From assembly GCA_963809895.1 (NCBI GenBank), contig CAWELD010000004.1, positions 128,001 to 192,000 of the forward strand: a stretch of 64,000 nt of DNA, written 5' to 3'. Shown one piece after another: positions 21,199 through 30,825 of the stretch (its first letter is position 1; the number at the start of each line of letters is the position of its first letter). The stretch comes from an uncultured Gemmatimonadales bacterium. Its GTDB lineage: Bacteria; Gemmatimonadota; Gemmatimonadetes; Longimicrobiales; Gaopeijiaceae. The translations under genes were made by a program, and so were the position numbers. Below the pieces are notes generated by a model. The model did no database searches. It was given only the letters and a program-made list of their open reading frames with translations, and was not told the origin of the DNA.

Positions 21199-22200
21199 CT
21201 AGAATACCGATTCGTCTACGCGAGCCACCATGATGCCGTCCTGGCCCGAGATCCCCTGAATTCTCAAGGCCAACGGGACATCCGAGATCTGGACCGCCTT
21301 GCCCACCAGCGGGGCGTGGATGAGGTAGAGCTGGCCGTCCATCCAGAAGGCGAGGCCGGTGTGGGCGACGTCCAGTCCCGGCACGCTGGAGGTGGCCGCG
21401 ATGACGTCACCGTCATGGATTCCGGCGGCGGCCCCCTCCACCCGGTCTTCGGGCAGGTAGATGCGCGGGCCGGCGGCGTTGAGGCGCGACTCCACGGCCC
21501 GGATCGAGTCCAACATGCCCGGCTCCGCGAGCTGACGGTACGCATCGGGATGCGTGGACATGAAGTCGATGGGCTCGGCGTCCGGCACCCCGCCCAGATC
21601 GGCGGTGATGACGTGCAGGAGGCCACGGGCCTGGTTGTCGGCCAGCCATTCGGAGAAGTAGTGCAGGCGGCTGGGATAGCCGGACAGCACGCCACCGCGG
21701 TAGCGGAGGTCCCGCAGGTAGCCCTCGTACGTCCGCCGGGCCGCCGCCGGATCCGCCAGGGCAGCCACGCCCTGATGGCGGGCGAAGCGGGTCAACGCCA
21801 GGACGTTCTCCACGAAGGTGACGCAGTCCAGCTCCCGGAGATCCACCACCAGATGCTCCGGGCCCGGCGCCTCGAGGGTTCCCGGCACGTAGGTGGTGCC
21901 CACGAAGGTGCGGGCGAGCCGGGCGATGGCGGTCCCGGCGGGCAGGGTGTCCAGCCCCTGCTCTCCGGCCCACCGGATCTTGTCCTGGAAGATCTCCCAG
22001 TCCCGACGGGTCCAGTTGGTGCCCGGGATCGTGTCCAGGGCGGGATCCTTCGTGGCGGACTCGGCGCCGGCGGGGGCCGCCACGGCCGCGCCCACGTCCG
22101 CCCCGGCCCCGTCGTCGCCTTGCCGCTGCAGGTAGCTGCGCACCCCCATGGCGATGACCACGACGGCCACCAGGGCCACGGCGCGACGCACGGTGAGCAT
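21199..22200 (-). CDS. DUF1460 / AmiA-like NlpC/P60 N-acetylmuramoyl-L-alanine amidase
   Basis: GTTYVPGTL, LDCVTFVE, RLHYFSEW, GLDVAHTG, IHA; N-terminal TM or signal segment. Confidence 0.88.
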   Translation of the reverse strand: MLTVRRAVALVAVVVIAMGVRSYLQRQGDDGAGADVGAAVAAPAGAESATKDPALDTIPGTNWTRRDWEIFQDKIRWAGEQGLDTLPAGTAIARLARTFVGTTYVPGTLEAPGPEHLVVDLRELDCVTFVENVLALTRFARHQGVAALADPAAARRTYEGYLRDLRYRGGVLSGYPSRLHYFSEWLADNQARGLLHVITADLGGVPDAEPIDFMSTHPDAYRQLAEPGMLDSIRAVESRLNAAGPRIYLPEDRVEGAAAGIHDGDVIAATSSVPGLDVAHTGLAFWMDGQLYLIHAPLVGKAVQISDVPLALRIQGISGQDGIMVARVDESVF

Positions 22201-22203
22201 GGG

Positions 22204-24615
22204 TCAGTCCCCCGGAAGCGCGGCAGGACGGGCCTGCGCCGGGGCGGCGGGCTTGCGGATCCCACCGTGCTGCCGCGCCTCCTCCAGGGCCCGCCACACG
22301 CGCGGCGGCGAGAAAGGTAGAACGTTCATTCTGATTCCGGCCGCGTCGTAGATGGCGTTGGCGATGGCGGGAATGGACGGATGCAGGGGACCCTCGCCGG
22401 CTTCCTTGGCCCCGTAGGGCCCCTCCGGGTCGATGGACTCCACGATGAGCGATTCCAGCTCCGGCGTGTCCAGGCTCGTGGGAATCCGATAGTCCAGCAG
22501 CGACGGGGCGTTGTGCAGCCCGGCCCGCCCGTGGTCCGCGTCCTTGAACACATGCTCCTCCATGATGGCCTCCGCCGCGCCCATGTAGGCCGAGCCCTCC
22601 ATCTGACCTTCCACCAGGACCGGGTTCAGGGCCCGTCCGCAGTCGTGGGCCACCCAGATCTTGCGCACGTCCACGAATCCCGTGTCCAGATCCACCTCCA
22701 CCTCGGCCACGTGGGCCGTGAACGAGTACGCCGGGCTGGCTCCGATGGTGCCGCCCCGGTAGTCCCCGTGGATGTCCTTGGGCGTGTTGTACGAGCCCGT
22801 GGCTCCCAGCGTGCCGAAGCGCGCCTCCGCCAGGTTGAACGCCTCGCGGATGGGCATCTTGCGCGCCGTGTCGCCGGCGAACAGGGCCCAGCCGCCGGCC
22901 AGCAGCACCTGCGACGGCTCGACCTCCCACTCCGCGGCCACGGCCTGGCGCACCTGCGTCTTGAGCTTGGCACAGGCGTCCAGACAGGCGTTGCCCAGCA
23001 TGAAGGTCACCCGCGACGAGTAGGCGCCCAGATCCACCGGCGTGAAATCCGTGTCGCCCCGGTAGACCCGCACGTGCTCCAGCGGCACGCCCAGCTCCTC
23101 GGCGGCAATGTACGCCACCACCGAGTCCGTGCCCTGGCCGATCTCGCTGGCGCCGCTGAACACCGCGACCCGTCCGGACCGATCCACCTGGATCTGCACC
23201 CCGGACTGGGGCATGTCGTTGGGGTAGATCGGGTAGTTGGTACCGGAGATGTACGTGGACCCCGCAACGCCAACGCCAAGTCCGACTGGCATTTGGCGGA
23301 ATTTGTCCTTCCAGCCGGACGCCCGCTCGACCGCGTCCAGACACTCCAGGAAACCGTTGGAGGTCACCCGCAACTCGTTGACCGTGCGGGTGTTCTCGCC
23401 CAGGAAGTTCCGGCGCCGCAGCTCCATGGGATCCAGTCCGACCCGCTCGGCCAGCTTGTCGAGCTGCACCTCGAAGGCGAAGCGGGGCTGCACGGAGCCG
23501 TGGCCGCGCTTGGGCCCGCACGCCGGCTTGTTGGTGTAGACGCGCACCGAGTCGAACCGGTAGGTGGGCATGTCGTAGGGCGCGGTGAGCAGCTGACCCG
23601 AGTAGTAGGTGGTCACCAGACCGAACGACGCGTAGGCGCCCCCGTCGAGGATGATCTCGGCGTCCACCGCGGTGAGGCGCCCATCAGGGGTCATCCCCGT
23701 GCGGTAGCGCATGTGAAACGGGTGGCGCCCGCGATGCGAGTAGAAGACCTCTTCGCGGGTGTAGAGGATCTTCACGGGGCGCCCGGTGCGGCGCGCCAGC
23801 TCCGCGACGCAGAACTCCAGGTCGAAGGGCTCGCTCTTGCCGCCGAAGGCTCCTCCCACCGGCGGCTGCAGCACCCGCACCTTGGCCGGGTCGATGTCCA
23901 GGACCCGGGCCAGCTCCCGATGCAGATAGTGCGGGACCTGGGTCGAGGACCACACGGTGAGCTTGCCGTCGCCTTCGTAGAGCCCGATGGCGCAGTGGGG
24001 CTCGATGGGGGCGTGGGTGGTGCCCTCGAAGTAGTAGTCGTCCTCCACCACGACCTCGGAGCTTGCCAGCGCCTCGTCCACCTCGCCGAACTCGAGGCGC
24101 ACCTTCTTGGTGATGTTGCCGTTCCATCCTTCCTTGCGCGGCGGATGGATGTAGTCACCGGCCTCGTAGGTGCCTTCGGCCTCCAGCGCCGCCCGCGGAT
24201 CCAGCCACGCCGGCAGCTCCTGGTAGTCCACCTCGATGAGGTCCAGGGCCCGGATGGCCGTATCCTCGTCCACGGCCGCCACCGCCGCCACCCCGTCGCC
24301 GATGTAGCGCACACGGTCCAGGGCCAGCGGATATTCGTCGGGCGTCCAGGGAATGATCCCGTACATCACCGGCATGTCGCGGCCCGTGACGACGGCGTGC
24401 ACTCCCTCGAGCGCCTCGGCGGCGGAGGTGTCGACGGAGAGGATGCGGGCGTGGGGATGCGGGCTCCTGAGGATCTTTCCGTGCAGCATGCCCGGGAGCC
24501 GCACGTCGTCGGTGTAGAGCGCCCGTCCGGTGGACTTGGCCAGGCCGTCGACCTTGCGCATGCGCGTACCGATCAACTGCAAGTCCGACTTACGGTTACG
24601 GCCTTCGCCGCTCAC
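22204..24615 (-). CDS. Molybdopterin-binding large subunit, xanthine dehydrogenase family (HcrA-like)
   Basis: LRSPHPHARI, STQVPH, GGAFGGK, KRGHG, EIGQG, AYSSR, KEAGEG; GTG start overlapping the upstream stop. Confidence 0.92.
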   Translation of the reverse strand: MSGEGRNRKSDLQLIGTRMRKVDGLAKSTGRALYTDDVRLPGMLHGKILRSPHPHARILSVDTSAAEALEGVHAVVTGRDMPVMYGIIPWTPDEYPLALDRVRYIGDGVAAVAAVDEDTAIRALDLIEVDYQELPAWLDPRAALEAEGTYEAGDYIHPPRKEGWNGNITKKVRLEFGEVDEALASSEVVVEDDYYFEGTTHAPIEPHCAIGLYEGDGKLTVWSSTQVPHYLHRELARVLDIDPAKVRVLQPPVGGAFGGKSEPFDLEFCVAELARRTGRPVKILYTREEVFYSHRGRHPFHMRYRTGMTPDGRLTAVDAEIILDGGAYASFGLVTTYYSGQLLTAPYDMPTYRFDSVRVYTNKPACGPKRGHGSVQPRFAFEVQLDKLAERVGLDPMELRRRNFLGENTRTVNELRVTSNGFLECLDAVERASGWKDKFRQMPVGLGVGVAGSTYISGTNYPIYPNDMPQSGVQIQVDRSGRVAVFSGASEIGQGTDSVVAYIAAEELGVPLEHVRVYRGDTDFTPVDLGAYSSRVTFMLGNACLDACAKLKTQVRQAVAAEWEVEPSQVLLAGGWALFAGDTARKMPIREAFNLAEARFGTLGATGSYNTPKDIHGDYRGGTIGASPAYSFTAHVAEVEVDLDTGFVDVRKIWVAHDCGRALNPVLVEGQMEGSAYMGAAEAIMEEHVFKDADHGRAGLHNAPSLLDYRIPTSLDTPELESLIVESIDPEGPYGAKEAGEGPLHPSIPAIANAIYDAAGIRMNVLPFSPPRVWRALEEARQHGGIRKPAAPAQARPAALPGD

Positions 24616-25121
24616 TCGTCCTCCTCCGGCACAGTCGCCGCCTCCTCTCGCATGCGCCGCGCCGCGTTCTCCACCGCCCGGTAGATCTTGGTGTAGCCGG
24701 TGCACCGACACAGGTTGCCGGCGAGGGCGTCGCGGATCTCCTGCAACGTGGGCTCGCGGGTGCGCTCCAGGAGCGCCGCGGCCGAGCACAGGATCCCCGG
24801 GGTGCAGAACCCGCACTGCGCCGCGCCCTGCAGGTCGAACTCGTCCTGCAGCGGATGGGGCGTCACGCCGTCGGACAGCCCTTCGACGGTCACCACCTCG
24901 GCACCCTCGGCTTCCCACACCGGCAGAATGCATGACAGCGTCGGGCGGCCGTCGACGATCACGGTGCAGGCACCGCAATCCCCTTTGTCGCACCCCTGCT
25001 TGCTGCCGGTCAGACCCAGGACGTAGCGCAGCGTCTCCAGCAACGTGAAGTGCGCCGGCACCCCGACCTCGTGGAGGTCGCCGTTGATCCGGAGCCGGAC
25101 GATGTCGGTGGAAGCGGGCAC
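24612..25121 (-). CDS. 2x[2Fe-2S] small subunit (CoxS/HcrC-like)
   Basis: GCDKGDCGACT, QCGFCTPG, GNLCRCTGY. Confidence 0.95.
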   Translation of the reverse strand: MPASTDIVRLRINGDLHEVGVPAHFTLLETLRYVLGLTGSKQGCDKGDCGACTVIVDGRPTLSCILPVWEAEGAEVVTVEGLSDGVTPHPLQDEFDLQGAAQCGFCTPGILCSAAALLERTREPTLQEIRDALAGNLCRCTGYTKIYRAVENAARRMREEAATVPEEDE

Positions 25122-25281
25122 GAAACCAGAGGGGATCGAGGGTCCAGACGCTGTATCAAGGTCGAGGCTGGGCGCACCGGCGGCAAGCCGGCGCGACCGG
25201 GGAACCGCAGGTCATTGAAGTGTACTCAAGCAGCACGCTGACGTTCACTTCGCTCGACCCCACACCCCAGGAGTTGCAGGT

Positions 25282-25701
25282 ATGCCCTATCCCGAGATGC
25301 TCGTGGCCCCCATGCGCGAAGATCTGGTGCGCATCGGCTTCCGGGAGCTCCGCACCGCCGACGAGGTCGACGAGGCCATGGAGAGTCCGGAGGGCACCAC
25401 GCTGCTCGTGGTCAACTCGGTGTGCGGCTGCGCCGCGGGCGCCGCGCGCCCGGCGATCTACCTCTCCCTGCAGGGCGAAGCTCGCCCCGATCGGCTGACC
25501 ACGGTCTTCGCCGGCCAGGATCTGGAGGCGACGGAGCGAGCTCGCGAGTACATCGCCGGCTACCCGCCCTCGTCTCCGTCGGTGGCCCTCTTCAAGGACG
25601 GGCAGCTCGTATGGTTCCTGGAGCGACACCGCATCGAGGGCCGCACGCCGCATCAGATCGCCGAAGAGCTCCAGGGCGCCTACACGCAGCACTGCGGCTG
25701 A
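25282..25701 (+). CDS. BrxA/BrxB family bacilliredoxin
   Basis: NSVCGCAAG (CGC motif), TVFAGQD, PSSPS, RHRIEG. Confidence 0.93.
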   Translation: MPYPEMLVAPMREDLVRIGFRELRTADEVDEAMESPEGTTLLVVNSVCGCAAGAARPAIYLSLQGEARPDRLTTVFAGQDLEATERAREYIAGYPPSSPSVALFKDGQLVWFLERHRIEGRTPHQIAEELQGAYTQHCG

Positions 25702-25722
25702 GCGCGGCGGGGGGACCCTCGC

Positions 25723-26469
25723 CTACTCGTCTTCGCCGCGCTTCAGGCGTCGCCGGCGTTCCCTGCGAAGCTCCCGACGGCGCCGCCGCGAGTCGCGCTT
25801 GGTCTCGCCGGGGTAGCGCACCGAGACCTCGCCACCGCCCATGACGGCCAGCCCGGTGATGCGCAGCACCGGCGCGTCGGGATCCTGGGTGGACGCGTGC
25901 TCGTGCCGGTACTCGAATCCCCCGAGAATCCCCACCGTGGAAACCTCCACGATGACGTCGGGGGGCACGATGATCTCGCCGCCGCCCCAGAACGCGAACA
26001 CCCGCACCTCGGTGACGCCCGGCGGCAGGGGGGTCTCGCGGAAGTCCAACTCGAACCCTCCGAGAACCCCCACGGCGTAGTTGTGACGCGCCGGACGCCA
26101 GGCTCCGCGGCGCGTGCCGCCGCCCAGGATCCCGACGATGAAGCTGGTGTCACGGACCTTGTCGGCATCCAGCAACGGGTGGGGAGCCCCCAATGCGCCT
26201 TCCACCCGACGGGTCTCGGCCGCGGCGCGCCTGCGATCCTCGGGAATGGCCGGCACCCCCCCATGGGCCCTGGGAAGATCGCCCAACAGCACCCGGAGCT
26301 CCTGAAGCGTCGCGGCGCGGTGCGCCAGCTCCACCCGGCGCTCGAACTCGTCGACCCCCAGCCGGTCGTCGGCGAACGCCTCGCACAGCGCGTCCACGGC
26401 CTTCTGCCGTTCGGAGTCCCCCACGGGTACGGGGGTGCCCGCCGAACCTTCGTCGCGATCCTCGCTCAT
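25723..26469 (-). CDS. DUF1707 (SHOCT-like) plus LiaF-like C-terminal domain protein
   Basis: GDSERQKAV..L...F..RL..EFERR N-terminus; GGFELDFRE, FWGGGEIIVP, MGGGEV. Confidence 0.85.
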   Translation of the reverse strand: MSEDRDEGSAGTPVPVGDSERQKAVDALCEAFADDRLGVDEFERRVELAHRAATLQELRVLLGDLPRAHGGVPAIPEDRRRAAAETRRVEGALGAPHPLLDADKVRDTSFIVGILGGGTRRGAWRPARHNYAVGVLGGFELDFRETPLPPGVTEVRVFAFWGGGEIIVPPDVIVEVSTVGILGGFEYRHEHASTQDPDAPVLRITGLAVMGGGEVSVRYPGETKRDSRRRRRELRRERRRRLKRGEDE

Positions 26470-28139
26470 CCCTCGTCGGCCTCCCTGCGATAGACCACCT
26501 CGCCTTCCACCAGCGTCATCTCTACGGTGAGGGCGGCGAGGTCCTTCGCTCCGCTCTCCAGGGGATTCCCGGAGAGGATTGCCACGTCGGCCCACGCGCC
26601 GGGTGCGAGCACGCCGGTCCGCCCCTCGAGAAAGCCGGCGTAGGCGCCGCCGCGCGTGTAGGCCGTGAGCGTCTCCCGGGCGGTGATCTTCTGTTCGGGC
26701 ACCCACCCGTCCGGGTGCGCGCCATCGAGTGTGCGGCGCGTGACCGCCGCGTCCAACCCCAGCAGCGGATCCAGGGGCGCTACCGTCCAGTCGCTGCCGA
26801 ACGCCAGCGTCGCACCGGCGTCCAGCAACGACCGGAAGGCGTAGGTGGAGCGGATGCGCTCGGGACCGATGCGCTTCTCGGCCCATCGCCCGTCGTCAGC
26901 CGCGTGGTACGGCTGCATGGAGGCGATGACACCCTGCTCGGCGAAGCGCCCGATGGCGTCGGGCCGGAGGTGCTGCGCGTGCTCGATGCGGAAGCGCCGG
27001 TCGCGGGGTCCGTGCTCGGCGGCAACGTCGCGGTAGACGTCAAGGAGCCAGTCGTTGGCGCGATCGCCGATGGCGTGGACGATGACGTGCAGTCCCGCGG
27101 CATCGCTGTCGCCGATCCACTGGCGGAGCTGCGCCGTGTCGGTGGTCATGAGACCGGTCGTGGACGGCTCGTCGGTGTACGGCTCGTAGAACCAGGCCGT
27201 GGTGGAGCCCAGTGACCCGTCCACGAAGCCCTTCACGCCGCCCCAGTGCAGGCGGTCGTCGCCGCGACCGTTGTCGGCGACGAAATCACGCAGGCGCGCC
27301 CAGGTCGCGATGGGCACCACGCTGTACACGCGCAGGGGCAGCCGTCCCGCGTCGTGGGCGCGGCGGTACGTCTCCAGGTGGGCCCAGGTACCCATGTCGT
27401 GCACCTGTGTCACCCCCAACGAGAGCGCGTGCCGCGCCGCGGCGTCCAGCGCCCGGTCCAGCTCGGCCTCCGAGGACGGGGGGATCACCCGATCCACCAG
27501 GCTCATGGCCTCGTCCTTGAGCACGCCCGTGGGCTCCCCCGTGGTCTCGTCCCGGACGATGGTGCCTCCAGGGGGATCCTGGGTCTCGGCGATGACGCCC
27601 GCCGCCACGAGCGCCCGGGTGTTCACGAGCACCATGTGACCGTCGAGCCGGTTCACGTACACCGGGTTGTCCGGCGTCAGCGAGTCGATCCACTCCCGGC
27701 GGGGAAGCTCACCTCCCCAGCGCTCGTGGTCCCAGTCGCCGCCGGTGATCCATTCGCCGGCATCCAGCGTGGCGGCGAAGGCGGCGATGCGCCGTGCGAA
27801 CTCCTCCGGCGTAGCGGCGTCACGCAGATCCACCGACGAGAGCTGGAATCCCCCGGAGATGAAGTGCGTATGGGCGTCGATGAAGCCCGGAACCGCCGTG
27901 CGTCCGGCGAGCTCCACGACCCGGGTGTCGGGCCCGGTCACGGCCTCCATGGAGGCATCGTCACCGACCCGCAGCACGCGTCCGTCCTTCACCGCCAGCG
28001 CGGACGCCACCGTGCCACCGTCGTCGGCCGTCCACACCGTCCCGCCCCGCAAGACCAGATCCGCCATGTCGCCCTCCGGTGAGGCGCACGAACCCACGGC
28101 CAGGACGGCGAAGAGCGCACACCAGGAATGACCGCGCAT
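26466..28139 (-). CDS. Amidohydrolase 3 family (YtcJ-like), predicted lipoprotein
   Basis: PGFIDAHTH, DGSLGS, HAIGDRAN, RIEHAQ, FGSDW; lipobox VGSC. Confidence 0.92.
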   Translation of the reverse strand: MRGHSWCALFAVLAVGSCASPEGDMADLVLRGGTVWTADDGGTVASALAVKDGRVLRVGDDASMEAVTGPDTRVVELAGRTAVPGFIDAHTHFISGGFQLSSVDLRDAATPEEFARRIAAFAATLDAGEWITGGDWDHERWGGELPRREWIDSLTPDNPVYVNRLDGHMVLVNTRALVAAGVIAETQDPPGGTIVRDETTGEPTGVLKDEAMSLVDRVIPPSSEAELDRALDAAARHALSLGVTQVHDMGTWAHLETYRRAHDAGRLPLRVYSVVPIATWARLRDFVADNGRGDDRLHWGGVKGFVDGSLGSTTAWFYEPYTDEPSTTGLMTTDTAQLRQWIGDSDAAGLHVIVHAIGDRANDWLLDVYRDVAAEHGPRDRRFRIEHAQHLRPDAIGRFAEQGVIASMQPYHAADDGRWAEKRIGPERIRSTYAFRSLLDAGATLAFGSDWTVAPLDPLLGLDAAVTRRTLDGAHPDGWVPEQKITARETLTAYTRGGAYAGFLEGRTGVLAPGAWADVAILSGNPLESGAKDLAALTVEMTLVEGEVVYRREADEG

Positions 28140-28245
28140 GGTTCGTCCCCCCGACCGGGGTGAGAGAGGGTGGCCGGGAGGATAACCGGCCCGGTGCGGG
28201 GCGATCAAGCAAGTCGCCGGGCGCCCGCTCGCACCGACACGCCCG

Positions 28246-29463
28246 TCAGCCGGCGCCGGGACCTCCGTTCAGGAACCAGCGGCCGAAGTCGGCCAACACG
28301 GCCGCGCAGGCCGGGATCTGATCGACCGCGACCCATTCGTCCGCCGCGTGGGCCTGGGCGATGGAGCCGGGCCCGAAGCACACGGCGGGAATTCCGGCTT
28401 CGTTGAGAAAGGCGGCGTCCACCCAGGCGGTCATGCCCGCCAACGCACCCGAGACGCCCTGCCCCCGCCCCGCCGCGCGCAGGCCCTCCACCAGGGGGTG
28501 GTCCGCGGGCACCTCGGTGCCGGGTCGGGCGAGGCCCTGGCGCAGCGTGGCGTCGAATCCGGGCACGACGGCCCGGACGCGCTCCAGCACGGCATGTTGC
28601 TCCGCCATGACCTGCGCCGGGCTCTCGCCGGGAAGCGTGCGGCGTTCGAGGACCAGCGAGCACGAGGCGGGATAGACCGAGGCCGCGCTCCCCCCGGCGA
28701 TGGTCCCCGCATGCACGGTGCCATGGCCCAGAAGGGGATGCCTCGGGCCCTCGGCGAGGCGCCGGTCCAGCTCGTCCAGCTCGACGAGGTAGCGGGCCGC
28801 GTGGCGGATGGCGTCGACCCCTTCCTCGGGCCGAGACCCGTGGGCTGCCCGGCCATGCACGTCGACCTCGATCCAGACGAAGCCCTTGTGGGCCGGCATG
28901 ATCGCCAGGTCGGTGGGCTCGCACACCACTGCGGCATCGGCCCGGATCCCCCCCTCCACCAGCGCGGCCATCCCCGCCGAAGCATGCTCTTCGTCGCACG
29001 TGAGCGCGACCACCAGCTCACCGGCGTGTCCCTCCGCCGCCAACGCCTTCGCCGCGGACAGCAAGGCCGCCACGCCCGCCTTCATGTCGCATGCGCCCCG
29101 TCCGACGACACGACCCTCGGCCAGACGACCTTCGAAGGGAGGCACCGTCATGCCGTCCACGCCCACGGTGTCCATATGCCCGTTGAGCAGCAGGACGGGC
29201 CCGGAGATCCCGCCCTCGTGGCGGGCGACCACGTTCGGGCGTCCCGGCAGGGGCTCCGGCATGTCCACCTGGAACCCCCATTCCGCGAGCCATCGGGCAG
29301 ATTGCGCCGCCACGGCGCCCTCGCCGGCGCCGCCGGCCTCCAGCGCGGGATTGACCGACGGAAGGGACACGAGAGCCTGGGTGAGCGCCACGGGATCGCC
29401 CCTGGCCGCCCGCTCCCGAACCTCCAGATCACTCCCCCGGCTGACGGCCCCGGACCCGTTCAT
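28246..29463 (-). CDS. ArgE/DapE family deacylase (M20 metallopeptidase)
   Basis: NGHMDTV, GRGACDMK, DEE, CEPT, AHAADE. Confidence 0.92.
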   Translation of the reverse strand: MNGSGAVSRGSDLEVRERAARGDPVALTQALVSLPSVNPALEAGGAGEGAVAAQSARWLAEWGFQVDMPEPLPGRPNVVARHEGGISGPVLLLNGHMDTVGVDGMTVPPFEGRLAEGRVVGRGACDMKAGVAALLSAAKALAAEGHAGELVVALTCDEEHASAGMAALVEGGIRADAAVVCEPTDLAIMPAHKGFVWIEVDVHGRAAHGSRPEEGVDAIRHAARYLVELDELDRRLAEGPRHPLLGHGTVHAGTIAGGSAASVYPASCSLVLERRTLPGESPAQVMAEQHAVLERVRAVVPGFDATLRQGLARPGTEVPADHPLVEGLRAAGRGQGVSGALAGMTAWVDAAFLNEAGIPAVCFGPGSIAQAHAADEWVAVDQIPACAAVLADFGRWFLNGGPGAG

Positions 29464-29610
29464 CGTCGCTCCTCGCCTCGGATTTCCCAGGAATCCGCCG
29501 CACCCACCCTCGGACTTTCGAGGTGCGCGCCGCCGACCCGCACGTCACGATGCCCCGTAGACGCCCCGAAACACCGGGCTTTCATCGCCTCAGGTGGCGG
29601 ATCCCGCCAA

Positions 29611-29626
29611 GGGCACGATTCCTGCA
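29611..29626 (+). promoter_or_regulatory. Putative sigma54 (-24/-12) promoter
   Basis: GGGCACGATTCCTGCA has exact GG-N10-GC spacing and two mismatches to TGGCACGRNNNTTGCW; 46 nt upstream of a small ORF. Confidence 0.6.
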
Positions 29627-29672
29627 GCAACCGCCGTTTTGAACGACCTCGATCCTCCCGACCGGAGCCGCC

Positions 29673-29843
29673 GTGCGCACCTTGACTGTCAGCCTTCTCG
29701 GAGCCGCCGCCGTCGCCGCCAGCCTCGTGCTCCTGCGCCAGCAGAAGCAGCCCGAGGCTCCGCGACAGCCCCGTGTTACACCCGCGGGTGAGACGATCCC
29801 AGGCACGATCTCGCTGGAGCGCCTCCGCGAGCTGGGCTACTGA
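29673..29843 (+). CDS. 56-aa small membrane-anchored or secreted protein ending ERLRELGY (below the ORF-track cutoff)
   Basis: GTG start, GGAG 5 nt upstream; MRTLTVSLLGAAAVAASLVLLRQQKQPEAPRQPRVTPAGETIPGTISLERLRELGY; fills an otherwise empty gap. Confidence 0.7.
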   Translation: MRTLTVSLLGAAAVAASLVLLRQQKQPEAPRQPRVTPAGETIPGTISLERLRELGY

Positions 29844-29874
29844 CTCCCGGCGGAAGCTTCCACGGCGTCGTCCC

Positions 29875-30440
29875 TCAGGACGAGTGATCGTGGATGATCC
29901 GCCACACCTCGCCCTCGCGATGCAACACGAGGGTGAAGTACCCTTGGCCTGAAATCTCGTCGCCGGCGTCGCTCGGCTGATAGAGGACCCAGTGGCCACG
30001 GGCCAGGGCGTGTTGGGCCCCCAGCGGCCGCACCACGAACTCGTCGAAGCGGAGTGAGTCCCTGACCGCGCCCGGTTGCCAGTAGGTCGTCCGGTAGCGC
30101 TCCCGCACGGCCTCCTTTCCCAGATTGACACCGTTGCTGCCGACGAACGCCAGCGAAGGATCGTCGGTGTAGTCGTCGAGGAAGCCCTCCAGATCGCCGG
30201 CGTTCCACGACGCGGCCGACGCCTGCAGCATGGACGTGACCTCGTCGGCCACCTGCGCGGAGTCCGCCGGCATCGCCTGTGACTCCCCGGCCTCGCTCGG
30301 CGCCGCCCGGTCGGCCGGCGCGCCGCAGGCCGTGGCCGCGACGATCGCCAATCCCGCGACCAGTCCCCGGATACACCGAGGGCGGCGGGATCCGGAAGAT
30401 CCGGACCCCCGCCGCCCCAGGCGCCGGAAGTCGTGACGGT

Positions 30441-30444
<4 letters not shown>
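29875..30444 (-). CDS. NTF2/SnoaL-like (DUF4440-type) lipoprotein
   Basis: [29 protein letters not shown] terminus; lipobox-like ATAC; start uncertain, probably CTG overlapping the ferredoxin stop. Confidence 0.8.
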
Positions 30445-30674
<230 letters not shown>

Positions 30675-30825
30675 GGGGCTCTCCTGCGCTCACTTCCTCT
30701 GAGGAACGGCTCCCCCGCCGAGAGGCTCGGCGGCTGGACTCCCAATGATGTCCGAAGGCCCCAGGGGCCGCAAGACCGCCAGGGCCCGGCCCAGGTCGCC
30801 TCCACCGCCGGAGCCCGGGACCGGC

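Noticed and set aside
29464..29670. Riboswitch or ncRNA in the gap upstream of the ArgE-like gene
   Set aside because: No recognisable riboswitch consensus; part of the gap is explained by the sigma54-like promoter and small ORF
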